Source: Octopus bimaculoides
Lineage: Eukaryota
Direction of reading: 5' to 3'
NCBI RefSeq assembly: GCF_001194135.2
Contig: NC_068982.1
Span: 70,654,523 to 70,709,364, forward strand
DNA: 54,842 bases
Positions 10,926-23,000 of the stretch are shown piece after piece. Each line of letters opens with the position of its first letter. The stretch's first letter is position 1. A program made the position numbers and the translations under genes. The notes beneath the pieces are model-generated. The model saw nothing but the letters and a program-made list of their open reading frames with translations. It made no database searches and was not told the DNA's origin.

Positions 10926-11129
10926 CCTTTTAGCACTCAGATTAATGCTTATTAACTCATATTGTTTTGAATTAAACATGCATTATCATGTTGCTTCAAG
11001 ATTTCAATGATGTGATTGTTTATTTTTTAGAATGACATAGGTTCGGTGTGAGAGGCTGGATCTGGCCAATTTGGACATAAAACTAATAGGATATTTCGGC
11101 CAGATATGGCCAGTTTAAATGCTAAAGGG
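10926..11129 (+). mobile_element. piggyBac-like MITE
   Basis: CCTTTTAGCA...TGCTAAAGGG termini. Same family as 11624-11843, 38461-38676 and 40580-41116. Confidence 0.65.
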
Positions 11130-11623
11130 TCAAAGCATTTTGTCTGACAAGCTAATGTTTTTGTTAGCTTGTTACCATAATAATAATAATCCTTTCTTTT
11201 ATAGACACAAGGCCTGAAATTTTGGGGGAGGGGGTAAGTAGATTATATCAACCCCAGTGCTCAACAGGTACTTATTTTATTGACCTTGAAAAAATGAAAG
11301 GCAAAGTCAACCTCGGCAAAATGCTACTAAGCATTTTGTTCATGTGCTAATGATTCTGCCAGCTCACTGCCTTAATTATTATTTATTAAGGTTTGTGTGT
11401 CTGTGTTTGTCCCCCAACATCATTTAACAGCCGATACTGATGTGTTTATGTCCCCGTAACTTAGCGGTTTGGCAAAAGAGACCGATAGAATAAGTATTAG
11501 GCTTACAAAGAATAAGTCCTGGGGTCGATTTGCTCGACTAAAGGCGGTGCTCCAGCATGGCCACAGTCAAATGACTGAAACAAGTAAAAGAGTAAATTAT
11601 AGCCAGCACAGATGTAGAGATAA

Positions 11624-11843
11624 CTTTTACCATTTCAGCCAGCCATATCTGGCCCAAACATTCTACATATCTTATGTTCAAATCAGCCAGATCCAGCTTC
11701 TCCCGCCAACCCTACAATGTCATTCTAAAAATAAACACTCATATCATTGATATCTCAAAGCTACAAGTTTAATACATGATTAATTCAAAACAATATGAAT
11801 AAATAAGTATTACATTTAACAGAGTAATCTGAACGCTAAAGGG
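11624..11843 (-). mobile_element. piggyBac-like MITE, inverted relative to 10926-11129
   Basis: Ends GCTAAAGGG|TTAA. Interior is reverse-complement homologous to 10926-11129. Confidence 0.65.
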
Positions 11844-12164
11844 TTAATAAATGATGAAAAGTGCACTGCTAACACAGTAGAACATGGTATTGACTTGTAA
11901 CAATGTTTAATATACTTTGCAGTATATTATGGTTGCATAACAAAATACTGTGTCCCTACAAGTCATTAATAATAATGTTAGAAATTGAGAAATAACAAGA
12001 CCTAATGAGGGAGTTGAAGAGGCTGTGGAAGGCAGAGGTGACTATTATTCTTATGGTAATCAATGCACTTGGCACAACACTCAAACTGCTAACTGCAAGG
12101 CTGAAAGGTATTAAAATTCAGACTAGTGGTATTGACCAGCAGGAAAGTGCAATCATGTATTACT

Positions 12165-12550
12165 CTCTTTACTCTTTTACTTGTTTCAGTCATTTGACTG
12201 TGGCCATGCTGGAGCACCACCTTTAGTCGAGCAAATCAACCCCAGGACTTATTCTTTGTAAGCCTAGTACTTATTCTATCGGTCTCTTTTGCTGAACCGC
12301 TAAGTTATGGGGGACGTAAACACACCAGCATCGGTTGTCAAGCGATGTTGTGGGGGACAAACACAGACACACATATATACATATATACGACGGGCTTCTT
12401 TCAGTTTCCATCTACCAAATCCACTCACAAGGCTTTGGTCGGCCCGAGGCTATAGTAGAAGACACTTGCACAAGGTGCCACACAGTGTGTCTGAATCCGG
12501 AACCATGTGGTTCGAAAGCAAGCCACTTACCACACAGCCACTCCTGCGCC
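12165..12550 (-). mobile_element. SINE family B, near full length
   Basis: Reverse complement of the family B head-body-tail seen at 14085-14470. Confidence 0.85.
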
Positions 12551-12649
12551 TTTTTCTGTAAGAATCCTAAGAAAGATTCTTTAGATTTGAAGAGATTTGT
12601 TGTCACCAAACCTCAAGATAACATTTGTACTAACTAATATTGTCTGTAA

Positions 12650-13960
12650 TAACTTCAATGATAACCCTTCCTAATTTTGGGACAAGGCCAGCAATTTTAG
12701 AGGAAGAGGTAAATTGGTTACTTCGAAATCTGTGTTCAACTGGTACTTATTTTATTGACCCTGAAAGGTTGAAAAGCGAAGTTGGCCCTGACAGAATTTG
12801 AACTCTGAACATAAAGAGCCAAAAGAAATGCTGCAAAGCATTTTGTCTGGCACAGTTACAATTTGCCTGCTCACCATCTCATTAATAATAATAATTCTAC
12901 TAAAGTCACAAGGCCTGAAAGTTCGGGGTAGGGGGCTTGTTTATTACATCAACCCCAGTGTTCACTGGTACTTGTTTTATTGACCCTGTAAAGAGAAGAG
13001 GCAAAATCAACCTTGAGAGAATTTGAACTCAGAACATAAAGGCTGATGAAATGCTACTAAACATTTTGTCTGGCATGCTAGCAATTCTTCCAGGTCAATG
13101 CCTTTGTGTAATAATAATGCTTTCAAATTTTGGCATAAGGCGAGCAATTTTGAGGCAGGGATCTAATCAAATCACATTGACCCCCAGTGTTCAACTGGTA
13201 CTTATTTTATTGACCCCAAAATATGAAAGGCAGAGTCACCCTCAGCAGAATGTGAACTGAGAATGTTGTTGTTGTTGTTGGCACTCTGTCGCTTACGACA
13301 TCGAGGGTTCCAGTTGATCCGATCAACGGAACAGCTTGCTCATGAAATTAACGTGCAAGTGGCTGAGCACTCCACAGACACGTGTACCCTTAACATAGTT
13401 CTCAGGGATATTCAGTGTGACAAGGCTGACCCTTTGAATTACAGGCACAACAGAAACAGGAAGTAAGAGTGAGAGAAAGTTGTGATGAAAGAGTACAGCA
13501 GGGTTCGCCACCATCCCCTGCCGGAGCCTCGTGGAGCTTTAGGTGTTTGCGCTCAATAAACACTCACAACGCCCGGTCTGGGAATCGAAACCGCGATCCT
13601 ATGACCGCGAGACTGCTGCCCCAACCACTGGGCCATTGCGCCTCCACAGCTGAGAATGTAAAGACAGATGAAATGCCACAAAGCATTTTGTCTGGTATGC
13701 TAACAATTCTGCCAGATTGCTGTCTTTATAATAATAAACCAATAATTATGAAATAATTCTTTCTACTATAGGCACAAGGCCTGAAATTTTGGTTGAGTGG
13801 GTTAGTTGATTACATCAAATCCAGTACTTCAGTAGTAGTTATTTTATCAACCTTGAACAGGTGAAAGGCAAACTTCAGTAGAATTTGAACTCAGAACCTA
13901 CAAAGCTGGAAGAAATGTCATTAAGCATTTAGTCTGGTATACCTGCAATTGTGCCAGTTT
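12650..13960 (-). mobile_element. Array of about 4 SINE family A copies, one carrying a nested family C SINE
   Basis: Repeated GCACAAGGCC..AACTGGTACTTATTTTATTGACCC..GAAAGGCAAAGTC..GAATTTGAACTCAGAAC blocks, each preceded by (AAT)n. Confidence 0.75.
13267..13649 (-). mobile_element. tRNA-derived SINE family C with (CAA)n tail and 10-bp TSD
   Basis: Minus-strand A box TGGCCCAGTGG and B box GGTTTCGATTCCC. TSD CTGAGAATGT at 13257 and 13650. Confidence 0.88.
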
Positions 13961-14084
13961 GCCAATGGCAATGATTAGTGTAATATCCTGATTTTACTAT
14001 GTTTGTAATTAATCAATTTATGTTCAGAAAAACATTTATTTTTCTGCTTTCATTCAGATATGTATTAGTTGACAGAAATAAATA

Positions 14085-14470
14085 GGTGCAGGCTGTGTGG
14101 TAAGTAACTTGTTTACCAACCACATGGTTCCGGGTTCAATTCCATTGCATGGCACCTTGGGCAAGTGTCTTCTACTATAGCCTCGGGCCAACCAAAGCCT
14201 TGTGAGTGGATGTAGTAGACGGAAACTGAAAGAAGCCTGTATATACATATATATACATGTATGTTTGTGTGTCTGTGTTTGTCCCCCAACATCGCTTGAC
14301 AACCGATGGTGGTGTGTTTACGTCCCCGTAGCTTAGCGGTTCGGCAAAAGAGACCGATAGAATAAGTACCAGGCTTCCAAAGAATAAGTCCTGGCGTCGA
14401 TTAACTCGACTAAAAAGGCGGTGCTCCAGCATGGCCACAGTCAAATGACTGAAAGAAGTAAAAGAGTAAA
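14085..14470 (+). mobile_element. SINE family B, near full length
   Basis: Head GGCTGTGTGGTAAG, GGCACCTTGGGCAAGTGTC body, tail GACTGAAAGAAGTAAAAGAG. Confidence 0.85.
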
Positions 14471-15408
14471 CCACATCATCAAAATCTTGTAGCTACAAGT
14501 CAATGCAGGATTAATTTAAAACAATGTGAATGCAAAGGGGTTAAAGTGTGTTAGGAGAGATTTGGCTTGTAAGTTGGGTTGGTTAAGTAACCACCTAGAA
14601 TCTTCTTCCGTGGACCCCCATATTGTTTGAAATCATCATCATTTTAATGTCTGCTTTTTCCATGCTTGCAAGAGTCAGAGAAAAGTATGTGGAGCCAGAG
14701 TTGTTACAGCTGGATACCATTTCTGGTACCACTCACAAGGCTTTGGTTGGCCCGAGGCTATAGTAGAAGACACTTGCCCAAGGTGCCATGCAATGGAATT
14801 GAACCCGGAACCATGTGGTTGGTAAACAAGTTACTTACCACACACGGAATTTTGTTGAGGTGGATTTTTCCACAACTGGACAATCTTCCTGTTGCCAATC
14901 CTCACCTGTTTCCAAGTGAGGTAATATTTTTCTCATGGTCAGTTCATGTACTTCCTTTTTTGACCACAGTACTTACTGTCTTTTTTTTTTTAAAGTCTGG
15001 TACTTATTCTAACATTCTTTTTTGCTTAACCACTAAGTTACAGGGACATAAACACACCCGCACTGGTTGTCAAGTGGTAGTGGGGCACAACACAGACACA
15101 AAGTCACGCACACATAAAACAGGCTTCTTTCAGTTTCCATCCACCAAATCAACTCATAAGGCTTTGGTCAGCCCTAGGTTGTAGTGTGATCTCAGGTGAA
15201 GGTATAAGGAAATGATAAGTAAGAAGGGAGTATAGAAGGAATAAGAGAGATAGAAAGGGTTATGACAGGGTCGAGAAGAAAGGGGGGATGAATAGAGTTG
15301 AAAAGGGTGATAGGGTAGGTCTGAGGCTGTCCAAGGTGTGAAAAGAAGGGGACAAGAAGGGAGCAATGGAGAGGAATATATATATGTACACACACACACA
15401 CATAGCCA

Positions 15409-15638
15409 GTGGCGAGCTGGCAGAAACGTTAGCACGCCGGGCGAAATGCTTAGCAGTATTTCATCTGCCGCTACGTTCTGAGTTCAAATTCCGCCGAGGT
15501 TGACTTTGCCTTTCATCCTTTCAGGGTCGATTAAATAAGTACTAGTTACGCACTGGGGTCGATATAATCGACTTAATCCGTTTGTCTGTCCTTGTTTGTC
15601 CCCTCTGTGTGTAGCCCCTTGTGGGTAGTACAGAAATA
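15409..15638 (+). mobile_element. SINE family A with alternative 3' tail
   Basis: Family A body followed by ..TAGCCCCTTGTGGGTAGTACAGAAATA. Same subtype as 45073-45310. Confidence 0.85.
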
Positions 15639-16345
15639 ACACACATATATTGTAAAAAGTGAAAATAGTTTTCATATGTGTAGTCGTATTGGTGAAGGAG
15701 TTGGTGTAGCTAATTCACCATTGTTATTGCTTTAACATCCACTTTTCTTGCATGAGTAAAACGGAATTTTGTTGAGGTGGATTTTTCCACAACTGGACAA
15801 TCTTCCTGTTGCCAATCCTCACCTGTTTCCAAGTGAGGTAATATTTTTCTCATGGTCAGTCCATGTACTTCCTTTTTTGACCACAGTACTTACTGTCTTT
15901 TTTTTTTTAAAGTCTGGTACTTATTCTAACATTCTTTTTTGCTTAACCACTAAGTTACAGGGACATAAACACTCCCGCACTGGTTGTCAAGTGGTAGTGG
16001 GGCACAACACAGACACAAAGTCACGCACACATAAAACAGGCTTCTTTCAGTTTCCATCCACCAAATCAACTCATAAGGCTTTGGTCAGCCCTAGGTTGTA
16101 GTAGAAGACACTTGCCCAAGATATCATGCAATGAGACTGAACCCTGAACTATGTGGTTAGGAAGCAAACTTCTTACCTCACAGCCTTCCTTATATCTTTC
16201 ATAGAAGATTGGACACAGACACCACTTGCATGATGGTGACACTCATTTACAGCTATCACATGATGTCAAGCCAAGGAGATAGTAACGCACAAGCACACTC
16301 ACTCACCCTCTCCAATCCTCAGTCCACTCCCCATCACATCTTCAC

Positions 16346-16387
<42 letters not shown>

Positions 16388-16759
16388 ACTCTCCCCTCCA
16401 CACACACACACACCTGAGGCAGCCATGTTTCCTCTCTAACGTAATTTTTCTGTTCCTCAATACTAGTCTCCAACTCAGCTGAGGGGTTGTTTGTCCTGCA
16501 AGTTACTTGGTGACCCCGCCATTGCTAGTGCCATCCAGTACACTCTATAAAAGTACCCAGTACACTCTATAAAGTGCAACCACTTTACAGATTGTTAGAA
16601 ATCACACCTAGTCATAGACACTATGCCAAAACAGACAACAGAGATTGGTGCAGTCTTCTGACTTGCCAATTCCTGTGGAGCTGTCTGACCCATGCCAGCA
16701 TGGAAAACAGATGTTAAAAGAGGAGGATAATGATGATAATATGTGTGTGTGTGTGTGTT

Positions 16760-17160
16760 CCCATGCTACCGTATTTGCCCCCACCTCTCCAACTCCACCC
16801 TCCTCGCAGGCACCTATCATCATCCCAATCACATCACCAAGTCCTTTACCTGCACTTCCAGTAATGTCATTTACTGCATCTCCTGCTCTTACCTGTACAT
16901 CTGCCAAACAGGATGCCACTTGGCTGACCGGTTTGCGGAGCACCTCCGAGACATCCAACTCAGCAACAACACCCTGATCTCATGCCATTTCTGCTCTACC
17001 AGTCATTCACCACAACATCTGTCTGTGTTTGGATTGTCTTTGCACAGGGGCCATCTGGACTCCCACCTTCGGAGAATTAATCTTCTCTCTTCACTCCTTT
17101 GCGCCACATAGGCTCGACTCTCCCCTCATCTCTTTATCTGACTCCTCCCTCTCTTCATCT
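16760..17160 (+). mobile_element. Penelope-like element, GIY-YIG endonuclease remnant
   Basis: SFTCTSSNVIYCISC..LYICQTGCHLADRFAEHLRDI...CHF...HS matches the Penelope VIY-C/YIG-ETG/RFxEH pattern. Degenerate. Confidence 0.8.
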
Positions 17161-18289
17161 GACATCTACTTTCTCTCTTCACTCCTACCCACCTCTCTTC
17201 CTCATAACTTTCACACACACACACACACACACACACCCAGACTTGTCAAAATCACTTCACTACTACCCATCTCCTCTCTTCCTTGTTACCCCCACCCCAT
17301 CACCCCACTCCACACCACACACCATCATCCACCCACACCCACACAATCTCCAATAACGTCACCACACATACCACTATATGAGCACCAACATGTTACAGAC
17401 ACCCACACACGTACACACACATGCATACACTCACACACACAACCAGACTTGTCAAAGACTTGACAAAGTCACTGACCCCTATTCATACACACACACTTGC
17501 ACATTCATACACAACATTGTCACACGCACACACACCTTCAGTTGGGGGTCACTGTCACTTTATTATCTCCCTTTCTTCCAACCTCTTCTTTCAAACTCCT
17601 TCTCTAATCAGTCACCATGCTTGACCGCTAAATCTACAGTTTTGCAACCTTTCATTTTATCATATAATTCGCCCAACGCCCCTGGGAGGCACATTATAGA
17701 CTTTTATTGAAATCCAATTAGCCTATTATTGAACTGGATGTTCATGTCACATATATGCAAAGTTTCATGAATATTGGTTCAGTGGTTTAAGCACTAAGTT
17801 GGTAACAGACAGACAAACAGAAATTGCCATTTATATACAAGATATATATATATATTTTCACAGACATGTCTATGTGGTAAGCAGCTTGCTTCCCAACCAC
17901 ATGGTTCCAGGTTCAGCCCCACTGCATGGCACCTTGGGCAAGTGTTATATAAATGTATATATATTTATGTCTTTATGTCTGTGTTTGTCCCCCACCACTG
18001 CTTGACAACCAGTGAAAGTGTGTCTACATCCCTGTAATTTTGGGGTTCAGCAAAAGAGACTGAGAGAATGAGTACTAGGCTTTAAAAAAAAAATTAGTCC
18101 TGGAGTTGATTTGTTTAATTAAAACCCTTCAAGGTGGTGCTCCAGTATGGACACTGTCAAATAACTGAAACAAATAAGAAATGATATATATATATATATA
18201 TGTATTGAAATATACAGATATGGAAATATTTTATTCTCAAATATATAATAATAATAATGCTGAATAGCATAAATAAGATAGAACATCCT

Positions 18290-18900
18290 TATCATCATCA
18301 TCATCATCATCGTTTAGCGTCCGCTTTCCATACTAGCATGGGTTGGACGATTTGACTGAGGACTGGTGAACCGGATGGCTACACCAGGCTCCAATCTGAT
18401 TTGGCAGAGTTTCTACAGCTGGATGCCCTTCCCAACGCCAACCACTCAGAGAGTGTAGTGGGTGCTTTTACGTGCTACCGGCACGAAGGCCAGTCAGGCG
18501 GTACTGGCAGCGGCCACGCTCAAAATGGTGTATTTTACGTGCCACCTGCACAGAAACCATTCCAGCGGCACTGGCATGATCTCGCTCGAATGTCTTTACA
18601 CATGCCACCAGCATAAGTGCCAGGAAGGCGACGCTGGNNNNNNNNNNTTCCCAACGCCAACCACTCAGAGAGTGTAGTGGGTGCTTTTACGTGCTACCGG
18701 CACGAAGGCCAGTCAGGCGGTACTGGCAGCGGCCACGCTCAAAATGGTGTATTTTACGTGCCACCTGCACAGAAACCATTCCAGCGGCACTGGCATGATC
18801 TCGCTCGAATGTCTTTACACATGCCACCAGCATAAGTGCCAGGAAGGCGACGCTGGGCACAGATGCCATCACAATTTCGCTTTCGCTTGCCCCAACAGGT
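18290..18900 (-). mobile_element. Repeat family D (RTE-type 3' tail with (GAT)n); partly duplicated across an N gap
   Basis: (ATC)n-GTTTAGCGTCCGCTTTCCAT.CTAGCATGGGTTGGACG block also at about 24990, 32015, 34536, 37960 and 38885. Confidence 0.7.
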
Positions 18901-19259
18901 CTTATATTGCAGAAAAATTTGTTAGTGGCCAGCCATGAGATGTATATATGTATGTATGTATACAATGGGCTTCTTTCAGTTTCTGTCTGCCAAATTCACT
19001 CACAGGGTTTCAGTCGGCCTGGAGCTATAGCAGAAGATACCCAGGATGACACACAGTGGAACTGACACCTGGAACAATGTGGTTGGGAAGTAAACTTCTT
19101 ACCACACAGCCATGCCTGCACCTATAATTGCTTATTTAAAAAAAAGGTTGTGGTTCCTGATTAGTGTCAAAGAGGAAGTGGTTAAGAACTGAGAGAGGGG
19201 CCAGCAAGATAGCATTCAGGACATGATGAAAAATGTAAGAGAGCAAATAAACTTTAAAT

Positions 19260-20492
19260 CAGTGGTTCTCAACCAGAGTCCATATGGCCCCTGAGGGTCC
19301 ATATAAGATTTTTTGGGATTCACACAGCAAAATAATAAATTCAGGATCCACAACAGTATTTTAAGAGCTCCTGAAAAATTTTTGCTTTGGATGTATGTAT
19401 TGCAAGAAACAGCTATGTTTGTTTCTCTAACATTTTACATAGTTCAATCTACAGAAGTTAATGTGTGAAAAGTGGAGGTGCAATGGCCCAGTGATTAGGG
19501 CAGCGGACTCGCCGTCATAGGATCGCGGTTTCGATACCCAGACCGGGCATTGTGAGTGTTTATTGAGCGAAAACACCTAAAGCTCCACGAGGCTCCGGTA
19601 GGGGATGGTAGCGAACCCTGCTGTACTCTTTCACCACAACTTTCTCTCACTCTTATTTCCTGTTTCTGTTGTGCCTGTGATTCAAAGGGCCAGCCTTGTC
19701 ACACTGTGTCACGCTGAATATCCCCGAGAACTACGTTAAGGGTACACGTGTCTGTGGAGTGCTCAGCCACTTGCACGTTAATTTCACGAGCAGGCTGTTC
19801 CGTTGATCGGATCAACTGGAACCCTCAACGTCGTAAGCGACGGAATGCCAACAACAACAACAACAACAATAAAATGTGTGAAAAACAAAATGGGAATTTT
19901 GAAAGAAGTTTCTATAAAACTAGTTTTTAAACATAGAATGGCTATGGNNNNNNNNNNGTGCAATGGCCCAGTGATTAGGGCAGCGGACTCGCCGTCATAG
20001 GATCGCGGTTTCGATACCCAGACCGGGCATTGTGAGTGTTTATTGAGCGAAAACACCTAAAGCTCCACGAGGCTCCGGTAGGGGATGGTAGCGAACCCTG
20101 CTGTACTCTTTCACCACAACTTTCTCTCACTCTTATTTCCTGTTTCTGTTGTGCCTGTGATTCAAAGGGCCAGCCTTGTCACACTGTGTCACGCTGAATA
20201 TCCCCGAGAACTACGTTAAGGGTACACGTGTCTGTGGAGTGCTCAGCCACTTGCACGTTAATTTCACGAGCAGGCTGTTCCGTTGATCGGATCAACTGGA
20301 ACCCTCAACGTCGTAAGCGACGGAATGCCAACAACAACAACAACAACAATAAAATGTGTGAAAAACAAAATGGGAATTTTGAAAGAAGTTTCTATAAAAC
20401 TAGTTTTTAAACATAGAATGGCTATGGGTGTCCACCAGAGTAAAATAGTAATCAGAGGATTCCATAGATTAAAAAATGGTTGAGGTTCCCAG
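19260..20492 (+). mobile_element. hAT-type MITE with nested family C SINE
   Basis: Starts CAGTGGTTCTCAACC, ends GGTTGAGGTTCCCAG. 8-bp flanks CTTTAAAT / CTTTAGAT. Confidence 0.65.
19472..19872 (+). mobile_element. SINE family C with 12-bp TSD
   Basis: A/B boxes, (CAA)n tail, TSD AATGTGTGAAAA at 19460 and 19873. Confidence 0.88.
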
Positions 20493-21709
20493 CTTTAGAT
20501 GGAAGACATGTGGAGCAAGAAAGTTTTTGGATATAATAGGAAATAAAAGTATCTCAGCTACTACAAAATATAGTAGCAGTACCTCATTACAGCAACATGT
20601 TAGTTTGGTAGCTGTGGCAGACCTTCACATAATCACAATCACAGTTAGTACAATCATGATGTATTCACAAGTCAGCATTCTGCTAATTACTATTCTAAAA
20701 TTACTATGTTATGGCATTTACTTAGTTCCTCTTTATCTCTGTCTGATGAACTGCCAATTCTATATAATTTTCTTCTCTATTGTCCAAAAAAAACCATTAC
20801 TGGTCCTAAATGCTAATGCTAACTTTACAATCTGCACACTCTAACTGAGCTCGCAAATAACTTGCTATTTAGACAAAAATAAAATGAGAAATAGATTTAA
20901 TTTATGAGTTTGTTCACTCCCTAAACACATCGTTAAGAGAAAGGTCACCGATGGATGGTGAGTGTGTCAGAATGACCAAATAAAAATAAATTAAAAAAAT
21001 GTTTTAAGGAGTGGCTGTGTGGTAAGTAGCTTGCTTACCAACGACATGGTTCTGGGTTCAGTCCCACTGCGTGGCACCTTGGGCAAGTNNNNNNNNNNTT
21101 TTTTAATTATCTTTTATTGGTTTCAGTCATTAGACTGTGGCCATGCTGGGGCACTGCATTGAAGAATTTTTAGTCGAATGAATTGACCCCAGTACTTACT
21201 TATTTTTTTAAAAGTCTGTTACTTATTCTATCATTCTCTTTCACCAAACCACTAAGTTACAGGGACATAAACACATCAGCACCAGTTGTCAAGCACTGGT
21301 GGGGGGCAACAAAGACACACACATAAAGCAGGTTTCTTTTACTTTCTGTCTACGAAATCCACTCACAAGGCTTTGGTTGGCCCAAGGTTACAGTAGAAGA
21401 CACTTGCCCAAGGTGCCGCACAGTGAGACTGAACCTATGTGGTTAGGAAGCAAACCTCTTACTTCACAGCCCTTCTTATATCTTGTATAATTTCCTTTTT
21501 TTTGTAATAAGTCTGTGTTTGTCCCCCCACCGTCGCTTGACAACCAATGTTGGTGTGTTTATGTCCTCGTAACTTAGTAGTTTGGCAAAAGAGACCAATA
21601 GAATAAGTATTAGGCTTACAAAGAATAAGTCCTCAAGTCGATTTGTTTGACTAAAGACGGTGTCCAGCATGGCCACTTTCAAATGGCTGAAACAAATAAA
21701 AGAATAATA

Positions 21710-22137
21710 ATGACAATTCTAATTTTGGCACAAGGCCTGCAATTTTGAGAGGAGAGATAAGTTGATTACATCAATCCTGGTGCCCAGTGAATACATATTT
21801 TATCAACCCTGAAAGGATGAAAGGTAAAGTTGTCCTCAAAGGCATTTAAACTCAGACCATAAAGTCACTAAGCATCTTTCTGACATTCTAATGAATCTAC
21901 CATTTCACCATCTATAATAATAATAATAATAATAATAACAATAATAATAATCCTTTCTACTAAAGGCACAAGGCCTGAAATTTTGCAGGAAGGCACTAGT
22001 TGATCACATCAACCCCAAAAGGATGAAAGGCAAAGTCAACCTCAGCAGAATTTGAACTCAGAACATAAAGACGGACTGAAATGTTACTAAGCAGTCTGCC
22101 TGGCATGCTGACAATTCTGCCAGCTCGCCACCTTAGT

Positions 22138-22197
<60 letters not shown>

Positions 22198-23000
22198 CGT
22201 TTCTAATATAGGCACAAGGCCTGAAATTTTAGGGGTGGGGATAGTGATTACATCGACCCTGGTCCTCAACTGGTACTTATTTTACTGACCCCGATAGGAT
22301 GAATGGCAAAGTCGACCCAGATGGAATTGGAACTCGGAATGTAAGGACAGACTAATGATTCTGCCAGCTCACCACCTTAACAGTAATAATAATAATAATA
22401 ATACCAGGCTTACCATCCCTACAAGAAGTGCAAAAAATCGTGTTAACTGGAACAACTCATGTACTGAGAAGAGCATTATTGCTGTGAAAACAACATCCAT
22501 TCATGAATTTATTTATTTATTAATTTTTTTTTTTAAATACATATTTTACCTGTGAATTTGCCTGTGTAAACTGGGAATGCATACAATGAGCTTCTCTGCC
22601 CTAGGTGTACGGAAAACACTCGGCAAGAAATGGAAGAAAATTTGAAGAAAGAAGAAAAAAAAACAACATAATAATAATAATAATGGTTTCAAATTTTGGC
22701 ACAAGGCCAGCAGTTTCCAGGGAGGAGATAAGTCAATTACATCGACTCCGGTGTTCAACTGGTACTTATTTTATTGATCCTGAAAGAGTGAAAAGCAGAA
22801 TGGACCTCAGCAGAATTTGAACTCAGAACACAAAGACGTATGAAAGGCTTCTTAACATTTTGCCCAGTATGTTGATAATCCTACCAGCTTGACAGTAATA
22901 ATGATAATCCTCTCTGCTACAGGCACAAGGCTTGAAATTTTTTTTTTCGGGGGTGGGGGGAGGAAAAGTGGATTAAATCAATCCCCAGTGCATAACTGGT
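21710..23000 (-). mobile_element. Array of about 5 SINE family A copies separated by (AAT)n
   Basis: GCACAAGGC tails at about 21729, 21967, 22212, 22699 and 22923, all minus strand. Long (AAT)n at about 21916-21950 and 22138-22196. Confidence 0.8.

Noticed and set aside
13575-13649. tRNA-like sequences (also about 19474-19545 and other SINE heads)
   Set aside because: A and B boxes are present but run into SINE bodies with tails and TSDs; not tRNA genes.
18429-18856. Apparent 209-bp tandem duplication
   Set aside because: Identical copies flank the 10-N gap at 18638-18647; assembly artefact.
19478-20427. Apparent 470-bp tandem duplication (19478-19947 / 19958-20427)
   Set aside because: Identical copies on either side of a 10-N gap: unmerged overlapping contigs.
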